Source of the DNA: Monocercomonoides exilis PA203
Lineage: Eukaryota > Protista > Preaxostyla
Reading direction: 5' to 3'
NCBI GenBank assembly: GCA_001643675.2
Contig: LSRY02000008.1
Coordinates: 1,898,415 to 1,962,414 of the forward strand
Length of the DNA stretch: 64,000 bases
Numbering within the stretch: position 1 is the first letter of the stretch; each line of letters starts with the position of its first letter. The notes beneath the pieces were generated by a model. The model had not been told where the DNA came from. It made no database searches and saw nothing but the letters and a program-made list of their open reading frames with translations. The position numbers were made by a program, and so were the translations under genes. This document shows, piece after piece, positions 23,544-36,414 of this stretch.

Positions 23544-26500
23544 AGTATTCCCTTCTAAATCGCTCCCACAGATGGAGTTGTTTGTGCCCAATGATTCCTG
23601 GTTGTAGTCAAGAGTGAACAGTGTTTCGTTGACCTGTCGAGCAATTGAATGGCATTTGATGAATATGTCTTTCCCAACAAAAGCCTCATTCATATAAAAC
23701 ATGATATTCACAATTTTGATCCTCAGGAGTGGTATCTGACTTTCATCATTAATGTTAACATTTGGATCGGCTCCATCGATAAACAGCCCTCCACCACGCC
23801 CCGATACCGTCGAGCATTTGCACATCGAAAACGTGCTCCCATCAACCTTCAAAACTGATTCTTCACCCTTCAGCATCACTTTCATTCCTCCTCCTTCAGT
23901 GCTCAAATCGCTCCTGCACTTGGACATTGTGCAGTCTTCTATCGTGCATTCCATCGCATAATCAAACGATCCCAATTCAATCGCACTTGCTCTACTTCCT
24001 TCGTTCATGATGTTTTCAAGCGAACAGTACACAACTTTCAACACAGGCTTGTTGCCATTCAAATGAGTGTTTTCATTTTCATTCATCTGGTTTTCCTCTT
24101 CTATCATCGAAATCAGGCTGTTTGCTGTCAAAGTGGCTGATGAAATGTTCACATTCTGGTTTGTCACCTGGCTCGCACTTTGGCTGAAAGCAATGAATCC
24201 TTTCAATTCGTTGATCTTATTCAACGTGCAGCTCTGAATTGCTGCGCTCCCTCCGTTCACTTTTATCACACAATATGCAAAACTTTCAACCGTCCCACTC
24301 GATGACCCAAATGAGCAGTCTGTGACCGACAAGACTGTATTTGTTCCTGACGATTCAATGAATACTGCATGATTGGTGGTCGATCCAGGTTTGGTGAATG
24401 ATAAATTGACAAATGATAGACTCACATTCGATGATATCATTGCACCATCATCCAAATCATTCTCATCTTCATCACTGATCGTCACTCCTGTCCCTTTCTT
24501 TGTCCCTTTTATCACAACTGCTGGTGCTTCTGAATCTGGCAAAGTTGGCAACGAAGACAAGAATGATATTGAATGGCTCAGCGATCCTGAATCGCCAATG
24601 CTGATCTGGGATTCGCCTTTTCCAAGTGTCGAATATCTCAGAGAAATTAAGTGGTCAATCGATGAACACGGTGCTTCAGAAAACCCACACCCGCTGAAGT
24701 CTCCTCCTTTCTCTTTCGAAACAAACCCATCCCCACTCCAGTTCCTCCACAAATACACAACAAGCGGAATCACATATCCCTCCTCTCCTGTTGTCTTCCT
24801 CTCCCATCCACATAACTCATCCAACGACTCCAACTCCTCTGAATTCATCTCCCATTTCAGATGCTCCTCATTCACAATCTCTCTCAGATCCCATCCTGAC
24901 ACAAACATATTCTTTCCTTTCCACCCATCACATCCCTCATATTCCATGCTCTCCAATGAAAATGTTCCCATTTGATTTGCAAGTTCAGCAAACATCCCTC
25001 CTCCCATTCCTCTCCCTCCATTCTCAACATCCTCTGATGGCACTTCACATCCTGATAATTTCACTCCTTTCACCCTCAATGTTCCTCCGCTTCCAACTGA
25101 TATCATCATCCCTCCCCCTTTCATTCCACTTCCACCTATGCATGTCGAGGATATATTGCTTTCTTCAATTTTCGCATTCCCATTAACGCCCATCCCAACA
25201 TTCAAGCATCCCCCACCTCCACTTCCACCTGCCACATTCACTTCCACTCCACACACTCTGCTATTCAAAATCTTCAATTTCACTCCATTTGTCATCATTA
25301 TTGGCGATTTCCCATTCATTGTCAGTGTCGCTCCACTTTCCATCACAAATCCATCAACAATCAGATTCCCTCCTGCCATCTCAATGATGTTGTATCCTAT
25401 TTTTCCATCGGTCAATGCCCCACTTTCAAATGAGACTGAACAGTTCGTCACATTGAGTGTTGATGTTGAATGAATGAATGCACTTCTCCTTGAACTCAAC
25501 TGACCTTTCACAACAAATGAAAGTCGGCTCATTGTCAGTGAACTCGAACATCCAACAAGCCAGTCTTGTGTGGCTGATCCTCCATCACTCACATTCACTC
25601 CCATCCTCTCTCCATCGGATAACGCTATTCTGCCTGAAATTATCACACCAAATGACGGTCCTGATATTTCCTTGGCAATTGAAGAAGATGAGACAACTTC
25701 TATTTCATTCAAAGTGCTGCTCATTCTTGAGTTCGCACAATAATCAACTGTCAAACACCTGAATCCATCAAATCCACAATGACTGTGATCCTTCCCATTT
25801 CCTCCACTCCCATCAACAAGCACTTTTGTACCCATTGTGCACAAATACACAAACAGTGGAATCACTCCATTTTCATCCCCATTTTCGCTCCCACTCAACT
25901 GAAGCACATCTGATGGAATTGTCAGTGGAGTGAAAAATGCAAATGAACTGGTATTCACTTTTGACTCCAAAAACGCTCCACTCCCACAATCAACAAACAC
26001 ATCCTTCCCATATGTTGCCACATTCTCATTCACTTTCGAAAACTTCACATCCTGCCCAATTGTCAATCCGCATCCTCCACTCTCCATCAACACAAACATC
26101 CCTCCTCCTCTCTCTCCTCTCCCTCCATTATTCTCTGCCTTATTCCCATCAATCACACCCGTTCCACTCACAACCACTTTCCCATTTCCCTTCAATCCAA
26201 CATATATTCCTCCTCCTTTTCCACCACCACAACTGCACCCATTCACATTGCATCCTTCAACTGTCAACGTTCCACTCCCTCCAACTGTTCCTTTCATCCA
26301 TCCTCCATCTCCCTCATTCCTTTTGACTCCACTGATATTGCATCCTGAACATATCACACTCGTCATTCCTTCACAAAATTCAATCGCTGAATGAGCTCCA
26401 AACACAAGTGCTCCACCAATCACAAATCGTTCCATTTTCAGACTCCCACCTTGCACATTCACAATGCTGTATCCAAAGGCTACACTCGATGTGCTCTCTG

Positions 26501-29500
26501 ATATATGAGCAACTGAGCAGTCTGTGAGTGTGAGTGATGAGCTTGTCAAAACGATGAGCGATGTTGCACTCGATAACAAAAATGGAATTTGGAATGCAAT
26601 GTTCTTTATGGAACTTGCACTCTGAACATTTATCAAATATGAAGATGTCATTCCACCAGGCACTCTCACATTCACATTCGTCTTGTTAATCCCACAATAC
26701 ACCTCCCATTCATATGACCCTGCCATCGACACAACTTCTCCAAGCTCAAACCCTGAATCCAACACAATGTTCTTCTTTGACGAACTGAATCTGTTCTGTG
26801 AAGCAAACGCGATCGTTTTGCATGGAAAATACCCAAACCCACAAAACCACCAGTCATATCCTCCATACCCATTCACCGCTTTCCCCACATGTGCTGCTCC
26901 TGAAAATGCTTCCAAAAACACATTCAATGGGAATATTCCCATCCCTCCCTCATTCCGATCATATCCCATCAACTCATCATAAATAGATCCATTGTGTCCA
27001 ACATTCAGCTTTGTGGTTGTTATTGTCCCACTCACCAGCCTGCTCCCATTCACAAACACATCTTTCCCTCCCAATGTTGCACTGCAACCAATAAAACTCA
27101 CTGATGATATTGTAAAATCGAATGAGCTATCTGCCAGCCACAGCATCACCCCTCCTCCATATCCACTGCACTTCGTTTTGTTGAATTTCGTTGTTCCTCC
27201 GCTGTGCGATGTTGATGTTCCAATTCGTGCTTTGCTTGTTGAAGAAGCCAACTCAATCTTAATCCCTCCTCCATTCCCATTCACGCACTCACACCCTTCT
27301 ATTGTTGTATTCCACACCACAAATGTCTCTCCTCCCTTCACGCTTTTTGCTATCACCACTCCATCCCCTGTTGTCCGATTCACATTCCGAATTGTTACAT
27401 TACCCAGCAAACTCTTTCCTGATGACGATCCTGCTGATGATGGTTCAAAAAATAGTGGTTGACTCATTTTTATATTTTTGATCTCAACTTCAATCATCTT
27501 CAGCTGCCTCAGCATCACTTCAAAAACAGATGACGAGATTCCACTCCCTCCTGATGTCGAAGAGTCAATCACCACATCCTCCAGTGAAAGTGTCCCGCTC
27601 CCCACAGACACCACAAACACGCTTGGTGATGAGCTCCTTGTCGCGTTGTGGTCGATCCCCACATGCCCCACCTCCAGTTGGCCAGAAGATACGCTAAACA
27701 GCGTTGTTGAAGAGGTAGAAAGCGCACTCATCCCAATCACACTCACTGTCTTTCCTCTCCCTGTTATTATTATCTTCTTTTCCCCAACACTGATTGTCTT
27801 CTCTTCGCTCACATGCCTTCCACTCAGCAAAGTGATTGTCGAGCTCAGCTGCGCCATGCTCGACTCCACTGCATGCCCCACTGTCTTGCAAGGTGCTGCC
27901 TCACTCATCCCACACAGATTGTTTGCGTCATCCCCACTCACCCCAACATATCGATCCTTCATCCCTTCCTTCAGCCAATCCTTCTTTTCCGTATGTTGAT
28001 GCGTCCAACTGCCTGATAAATAATAACGGCACACTCTCGTATCATTGCTATTCGTTGTATACGATTCACAGAATGGGTTATTCGATGAGAAGAGATTGTA
28101 ATAATCGTAATACATTACATCGTGTCCATATGGAGTGGAGGCATTGCAACTGCAATCGTGGAAGAAGAAGAAATAGCAATAAATGTTGTTGCTTGGAGCT
28201 GTTGATTGATATGGCCTGAAATCCAATCCTCCGCCATATGACACTGCTGAGCACGAAATGAACTGGATGCTCCTCATTTTGAATGCTGCTGGAACATTGT
28301 AACAGCACATCCCTCCGCCATTCGAATTTGTAATGGAGCACGAAGTGAATGAGCACTCAAACACACAAGCACTCTCTCCATTGCCGCTTTCTGTTCCAAT
28401 GCAGGAAGATCCAGAAATATTAAAATAATCGAGATAAAGTCCTCCTCCATCATATTTTGCAGAACATTTCTGAAATTCGCAACCACCGACCCTGACACAT
28501 GACGAAATCGAATAAGCATACATTCCTCCTCCGCCGTCATTTTGGGCAGTACAAGCATTGAACGAGTTGTTTTCGATTTTGATGGAATTGATCGAATAGC
28601 ACAAAATTCCACCACCATCATAATGCGCATAACAATCATTGAACGAACAAAACTTCACTGAAAGCGTTCCCGATCCCAGATTATACATATTAATCGCCCC
28701 TCCACTCGAAACTCTATCAGTCGTAGAAGATGACGTTCCAGTTGTATTTGATCCATTCCACACACACCAAGTGAATGAATTTGCTCCATTGTCTGTCTGA
28801 TTCTGTCTCGCTGGCTTCGATGGATTTCCTTCGCTCCCATTGACTGCAACATTCTGAGAGCGATAGCACCTGACAAACGAGGTGTTCGAGGCAGATAACG
28901 AAGATGAAGGGCTGTTCAGCGAGGGGACAATCCCTCCATCATACACATCCCACACCGATGAAAATGAGCACCCACTCATCAGAAACACTCTTTCGCTCAG
29001 CCCTTCACCCAGTTGTCTTGTTTTCTGTGGATTTGTGGAGATGTTGAAGAATTCCAATTGGGAAAGAGAAACAAAGTGCGATGAGATGAATGGGGCTGAA
29101 GATACACAAAAAGATGAGAAATGAGAAGAACAAACAGAAACATGGCATTTCTCTGAAATCTCTCCTTCCGCTGCTTTTGAAGAGAAAAGTGGAGGAAATA
29201 TCTGTTCAGTCGAGGTTAAAGTTGGAATTGAAGACGAAGTTGAAGACGATATGAGGGAAATGTTGGTGAACAATCCGCAGCTCCCACACAAATAAAATGG
29301 GGATGTCTCTCTCTTAACTTCAACATCACATCCACTCACCACAACCACACTCCCTCTCATACCATAAACCACACTCCCACGCTCATGCCTCGTCAATATC
29401 ATCCCTCTCAACTCAACGGACGAATTACATGCACAAACACATCCACATACCACACTCTCCTTCCACTCTCCATCCAAGCACACACTTATTCCGAAAACAC

Positions 29501-29534
29501 TCATAATCATTGCCATATGCATTATTTTAATCAT
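23544..29534 (-). CDS. N-terminal 1997 aa of a giant Cys/Ser/Gly-rich surface protein with predicted parallel beta-helix (Pmp/pectin-lyase-like) domains, interrupted by DIRS
   Basis: Uninterrupted ORF with a hydrophobic N-terminus (MIKIMHMAMIMSVFGISVCL) and GGA[I/V]/GGG plus FxxC repeats. A V..G.D...CG....[P/R]C.[T/S][I/V] module-start motif recurs four times here and once in the C-terminal part. The stop TGA is the last 3 nt of the element. Confidence 0.9.
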
Positions 29535-31081
29535 TACCTTGTTAATAACAAGATAACAAAGAATTGATTTTCTTGTTGATCTTGATGGATCCTATTCCCT
29601 TCATTGCTATCAATTTCTGATCTTTATTCAAACGATATAATCTTTCATTTGTGTATTATGCATATAAGCGATATATGTGATAAATGAAACATTTTCATTT
29701 TTTTAACCATATTTGTAACCTCATATATTTTTGTGATTATTAAATTCTTTGTATTTTCATTTGATTGAGTGAGGTGTGACTTTTCTTTTTATATATTATT
29801 AAATAATCATTATTCTAATAATTTTATTTTGCTTTCAATTTTTGAAATCTTGTTCATTTTCTTCCTCTTTATTTTAATTGTTTGATTTGATATCTTTTCA
29901 TTTTCGATTTTTATACCGAATGATAAATGTTCAAAAGCGCAGATGAATGGCAATTTCATTTGCTTTCTAATTTCTATGTGGTCAATTGTTGACATTTCCT
30001 CGGCTGATGGAAAGTTGAATTGAACGTGCCAAATGAAATTTATTGCTTCGATAATTTGTGTGGCATCCTCCATTATAGGGAAATGTATTATTATTATTTT
30101 AAAAGGCAATGGACAGGCGAAGCAAATCAGCTGGACGTCCTTTTTCTGTTTTGAAGAAAGCATTTGAAAGCCAGCTGCCCCGAAAAAGCATCTGCTGGAA
30201 AAAAGGAAGAGACAGAAAGTATGATGTTTGCTTGCATTTTTATTTTTGCATTTTTTGAGTGTTTTTTTATTTTTGTGATTCCAATCAGTTCAGAGGAATG
30301 AAATCAACAAGAATAAATAAAATGAGAAATATGCGATTATTCTAGCTGAATCTTACGGACAGACAGCGAGTGCCATTTATGAAGATAAGGAATGAAAGCA
30401 TTGGGCGTTTATTGGAACTGGCCATATTTTTTGACATTGATCAAAAATGGAATGGAGGTGAAAAGAAAATGTTAATCTCATTATTCACAGAAAAGTCTGA
30501 GATTGAAGCATTTTGCGGAAGAAAGACAAGCAAAGGGGATGATTGGCGAATCTGTTTGCAAAGTTATTTGAATCGAGGAAGAATAGGAAGAGGAAAATGA
30601 GAAGAGGAGGAAGAGAACTGAGCATTTGGGCATTTGTGAATGGTGAAATGAAGGCAGATAAGGAACTTGCACAGCACAGTCATTGGAGCCTTTCAGTTGT
30701 GTTTGTGATGTTTATGACTTCAGCTTTGGAGAATGGAACAGCAAATGTTTGTTTCTGAGTCACGCATCAAATTCCTCAAAGGAAGCAGTGGACTTTTTCA
30801 TTGAGCAGCCAAAATGTGTGATGATGGTGATTTCATTGCTTTCAGATTCTGTGTTGGTCATTTTCATTTGCCTTTCATTCGATGCATCTTCTGACCTTCC
30901 AAAAATGTTTCTTCTGCAAACATCATCTTCATCTTTATCATCATCATTACCATCTCTTTCGCCTTCTTCTTCTTCCAAATTCCTCTTTTTGAATCAACAA
31001 CAGAAACATCAACTTCTTCTTCTTCTTCTTCTTCTCTTTCTCTCTAACTCATTCTCAATCATCATCTTCTTCTTCTTCTCC

Positions 31082-31466
31082 CTCTTCCTCTTCTTCCTCT
31101 TCTTCCTCTTCTTCCTCTTCTTCCTCTTCTTCCTCTTCTTCCTCTTCTTCCTCTTCTTCCTCTTCTTCCTCTTCTTCCTCTTCTTCCTCTTCTTCCTCTT
31201 CTTCCTCTTCTTTTCCTTCTTCTTCTTTTCCTTCTTCTTCTTCCTCTTCCTCTTATTCTCCAATGGAATCAGCATTTGATGGGCACGTTCCCATCGGCTC
31301 CTTCTCATCTTCATTCATCTTCATCTCCTTCTCTTTCTCTTTCTTCTTCTTCTTCTTCTTCTTCTTCTTCTTCTTCTTCTTCTTCTTCTTCTTCTTCTTC
31401 TTCTTCTTCTTCTTCTTCTTCTTCTTCTTCTTCTTCTTCTTCTTCTTCTTCTTCTTCTTCTTCTTC
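31082..31466 (+). repeat. Compound microsatellites: (CTCTTCTTC)n at ~31082-31210 and (TTC)~42 at 31341-31466
   Basis: Read directly from the sequence. Confidence 0.95.
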
Positions 31467-33556
31467 TTTCAGATTGTTTTCTTCGGACTCGCCATCATCA
31501 TGTTTTCGTTTTCACAGCTGAAACACGCAAAATTATTTTTTGACCTTCTTGGCCATAATCTTTTTTGCCTTCATCGCCTTCAAGTTTGATTTCTTCCTCT
31601 TATTCGACTGCACATGATTATTAATCTTCGTCTTCGTCTTCGTCTTCGTCTCCGTCTTATTCGTTCACTTTTATTTTTCAGAATGGAGTTTGCGAAGTTA
31701 TTTCTGTGGAAGCAGGACAAGAGATTGGACTTTGGCGATTATTATTCTTGGGAGAAGCAGAAGGGAAGCGAAGACAGGACGAATGGGCTTTGTGGGAAGA
31801 ACGGAGCAATAATTGGAGAAGCAGAGGAGAAGAAGAGGAGAAGTTTTTTTTTCATATTTTAATATAATCTTTTGATGATTGTTTGGATGTGACTCGCATT
31901 TGGAGGGAAGGGAATGGAGGTGGATGCGGAAGAGGACAGGAAGAAGGAACATCAGCGCTGGCACTTTGCATTGGAGGTGTGGAGACAGAGGTGCGACAAG
32001 GATGGATCGAGGTGAGGGGCTGACCATGAGAGGGTGTTTTGCACCAAAGAGATGCAAAATATTGGAGGCATTTATTTTTTGATTGGGAAAAGGATGTTGA
32101 GGAATGAAGTGGAAGAGATGGAGGATGTGCGGTGGAGGAGCATTGATGTTTTTGGGAAAATGGAAAGAAGAAGAATACTATTTGCGAAAAGCGATGGAAT
32201 GGGGGTTCTTCAAATGGAATGCTTATATCTCTTCTAATTTTTTATAGAAAGGAGTTTGTGGAGTTGTTTGAGTGGAAGAAGAACAGAGGATTGTAAATAA
32301 ACGATTTTTGGGGGCAGAAAGGAAACGAAGATGGGGCAGATGGGTTTTGTTGGTAGAAAGGAACGATATTTGGAGGAGGAGAAGAAAATCAGTGAAGAAT
32401 GATCATTATAAAAGATATAGGTTTGCCTTTTTTAATTACGATTTTTCATATATTATTTTTTTATGAAATTGGATTGTTTTGCAGGTATATTTTATTCCAA
32501 TGAATGAACATGGAATGCGGAAAAAGAGGATATAAAATGCATTAAAGAAGTCAGAAAATAATAATTGAAGTGGCGCTTGGTGGAGTGAGCAGGCGCAAAA
32601 TATAAATGAAAGGAAAAGAGAAGAAGATATTTTTATTTGAAGGTTTTGGAAGGCATTTACGATGAATCTTGTTTAAATCAAAAAGGAATGGCGGAAAATT
32701 GATGACATGACAGAAGAAGAAATTTGAGAAAAAGTCGAGAAGAAGAAAAAGAAGCGGAAGTTGGAGCAGAAGATAGGGAAAAGAAAATGAGATGAAGAAG
32801 GAAAACAAGAGGAATTGGAAGAATGAATTTTTTTTTTGGAGCATTGGAAGAAGAGCAGAAAGAAGGAAACGAGATGGTAATATGAATTGAGGGAGGACAC
32901 GAAGAAGAAAAAAGAGAAAAGAGATTTTGGAGGAAAATAGAGGAAAGTCAGTTCAACAAAGAATTATTCAAAAAAGGAGAAGGGAATATCCTCAAGAACA
33001 CTATCAAAAAGAACATCTTTATGGATGAAGATTGCAGTATGTTTTGTTTTTGTTGGAGATGATGGAAGGGATGAGGAGGCAAGGAATGGGATGATTCTTT
33101 GAGAAAAGTGGGCGAGAGAAAAGGAAAACAAGGGTATGACATTTTTATTAATTATATTATTTGACTATTTTTTATATGATTTATTGTTTTTTCTTTTTAT
33201 TTTGTTTGAACAAAATTGTTTTTGCTGGCGTTTTCGTAAAATTTCAAGGGAGTGAAATTACATCAAAATACAGAAAGTGAAGGTCAATCAGCAGAATCAG
33301 TTTGGGAAAGAGCTTTATGGGATCATTAATTATAAAAAGGCATTGACAGCGAAGGTCTGTTATAATTTTTTATGAGATTCATAACATATGCTGCAGAAAG
33401 AGGAAGGAAAAGGGTTGTAGAATAATTTGAGATTTTGATGAAAATTGTATTGAGAGGGATGGTGCAGCCGAGAAGTGGGAGAGAGGAGGAGGAAGAAGAG
33501 GTGGAGAAGGAAGAGAAGAAGGAAGAGAAGAAGAAAGCGAAGGAGGAGGGAGTGTA

Positions 33557-34981
33557 TTGGTGAGTGAGTCGAATTTCTCATCTTTTTGTGTGTCTTCAGC
33601 CCCGTTTCTGGCACCTCCCCTGACACGCCTTGTATCTCTCACCCAGCTGACCTTCTTCAACATCTCCACAAATCCACCAAAAATATCACATCTGGCTGAA
33701 GGGCTGAGCCAAACATCATTTCTGATGAGTGGGTGTGAGTTTGTATCGGTGTGGGATGTTTATGATGGGGGCATTGTTCCCTCACTGAACAGCCCCTCAT
33801 CATCCTTGGCTGCCTCGAACACCTCATTTGTCAGGTGCTATCGGTCTCAGAATGTTGCAGTCAGCGGGAGTGAAGGGAATCCATCGAAACCAGTGAGACA
33901 GCAAATTTCTACAGATTTAACGAATTCGTTCACTTGGTGTGTATGGAATGGCTCAAAAACAACTGGGACAAATTATGATTATTCTTATGGAGATTCAAAT
34001 GGCGGAGCGATTTACATGTATAACAAGGCATCTGGAACACTTTCTGTGAAATTTTGTTCGTTCAATGATTGTTATGCGCATTATGATGGCGGAGGAATTT
34101 TGTGTGTTTCTGTTAATTCTATCAAAATAGAGAACAACTCATTCAATGCTTGTACAGCAAAAAATTGGGCTGGAGGAGGATTGTATGCTTATAATATAAC
34201 TTCTTGTGTCAGGATCAGCGGCTGCGAATTCAAGAGTTGCAAAGCGAAAATTTATGGAGGAGGTTTATGTCTCGATTCTTTTAATGTTTCTGGATCTGGC
34301 TGCATTGGAACAGAAAATGGCAAAGGGGAGAGCGCTTGTGTGTTTGAGTGTTTCTTCACTTCGTGCTCCATTACAAATTCGAATGGCGGAGGGATGTGCT
34401 GTTACAATGTTCCAGCTGCATTCAAAATGAGGAGCCTCCAGTTTATTTCGTGTTCGGCATATTCACATGGCGGAGGAATGAGATTTGATCCAAACCAACA
34501 AACAGCTCCAAGCAACAACATTTATTGCTATTTCTTCTTCTTCCACGATTGCAGTTGCACTGATACCACTCCATATGGTCATGATTTGTTTTTCCAAGAT
34601 CTATACAATCTCTTCTCATCGAATAATCCGTTTTATGAATCGTACACAACGAATAGCAATGATACGAGAGTGTGCCGTTATTATTTATCAGGCAGTTGGA
34701 CGTATCAGCACACAGAAAAGATGTGGTGGCTGAGCGTCGGGATGAAGGATCGGTATGTTGGAGTGAGTGGAGATGACACAAATAATCTGTGTGGGATGAG
34801 TGAGGCAGCACCTTGCAAGACAGTGGGGCATGCAGTGGGTTCGAGCATGGCGCAGCTGAGCTCGACAATCACGTTGCTGGGTGGGAGGGATATGAGCGAA
34901 GAGAAGACAATCAGTGTTGAGGAAAAGAAGATAATAATAGCAGGGAAAGGGAAGAAATTGAAAACGATTGGGATGAATTAG
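33557..34981 (+). pseudogene. Truncated N-terminal cassette (copy B, 474-codon open frame)
   Basis: Collinear with aa ~133-600 of the 1997-aa ORF. No signal peptide; terminates at ...KLKTIGMN*. Confidence 0.85.
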
Positions 34982-36191
34982 CTTTTGGTGAGAGAAAATC
35001 ACAGCTGCCAGAAGCAATGGGAGGTGTTTTGCGGAATGCGACAGTTCCGAATGCCAGAAAAAGATGATAAAAGATGAAGGAAAAATGCATTTGAAGATGA
35101 TAAATATTTGAAGAACTTTTGAAGAAGGGATGGATTCAAAGGAGAAAAAGAAGGTGGAGAAGCAAATGAATGGAAAATATTTTCTTGCATTATTTTTTTG
35201 GGAAATTTGCTGAGAAGAGAATAAAGAACAAATCAGTCAACTTTTTTCCTCAACCCAAAGAAAATGAAAAATATGTGAGGAAAAACATGGATTTTCAAGA
35301 ATTTTATGCATAGTACATTAAAGCCTCCTTTCTCGAATAACCTAACAGTTGCTTCAAAAAATTAATAAAAAAATAGATTTTCATATCTTAAATACATTTT
35401 AAGAGAATTTTTTATTTACAAAAAAAATTCTTTCATAGAGTAAATTTTTTTTTCAGTGAAAACACCATTAGCGGGTATATTTTGCCCCATGTGTTATCCT
35501 ACAGAAGCATCTTTCATGAACATTATTGCAAATGCATAAACATCGACGATGCTTTGAATTAGAATTAGAATTTTTATTTATTTATTTTTTTATTTATTGG
35601 CTTGTTTGTTTGTCTTCAGCAATTCAATTAATGTGGAAAAATTTATTGTGCAAAAATTATTAGTTGAATAAATAAATCGGTACAACAAATTTTTTTAAAA
35701 AAAAACATCTGATATTGTTATTTTCACTTTTTCGTCTTATCGCTCAGTGTTTCTTGAAAATTTTCAAATCGAAATTTTTTGAGAGAAAACATATGATATC
35801 AAAAAGCAGTCAAGTGCTGATTGAAAAATATGAATTATTTTTAGTTTTGTAACTGTTCTTTTTTTCGAGGCATATTTCCCACATAATCATGCTATGCTTT
35901 GTTCAAGATTAGATTACCCAGGGTCGACTTTTTAATGGGACTTTTTTATTTATTGGTACTTTTTTGTTAATATGTCTCAATCAACCATGAGCTCCCTGTG
36001 ACTTTCAACACCTCAACACTCCTTTTAAACAGTTTTCGCACTGTTATTAACCAGTTTATTTTTCCATTTTTGTTTATTGCTCACAGAGATATTTTGTTTT
36101 TTCGTTTATTTTAAAAGAAAAAATTTTCAGCCAACAAGTCTTTTCAAAAATATTTGAAGTTCATTTTTGAATAATGTTAACTTTGTCAATT

Positions 36192-36414
36192 TGTCTAAAT
36201 TTTTTGAAAAGTTCCTTTTGTTTATTTTCCAAATTATGTTCCCACTCATAAACATTCGCTGTTATGAAAAAATAAATCTTTCTGATGTTATTATTTCCAT
36301 TTGAGTGAAGTTTCGTGAGTGGGAACATAAATATGATCGAAATATGATCGAAATATGAAATTTTTTCTTTATTTGGAAAATAAACAAAAGGAACTTTTCA
36401 AAAAAATTTAGACA
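36192..36414. repeat. Short hairpin/MITE-like element (one arm has a ~41-bp deletion)
   Basis: Inverted arms TGTCTAAATTTTTTGAAAAGTTCC... / ...GGAACTTTTCAAAAAAATTTAGACA; counterpart of 43433-43697. Confidence 0.75.

Noticed and set aside
16620-28219. Plus-strand ORFs opposite the surface gene (e.g. 16970..18424, 24373..24975, 27478..27999)
   Set aside because: Antisense shadows of a purine-rich coding strand with no independent motifs.
19709-29534. Diversity-generating retroelement (RT next to variable repeats)
   Set aside because: The RT is DIRS-type with its own ITR/ICR. Paralogue differences include indels and non-adenine changes in blocks, and no template/variable repeat pair was seen.
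30683-31589. Poly-F, poly-S and poly-KR ORFs as proteins
   Set aside because: They are stop-free readings of TTC-based microsatellites.
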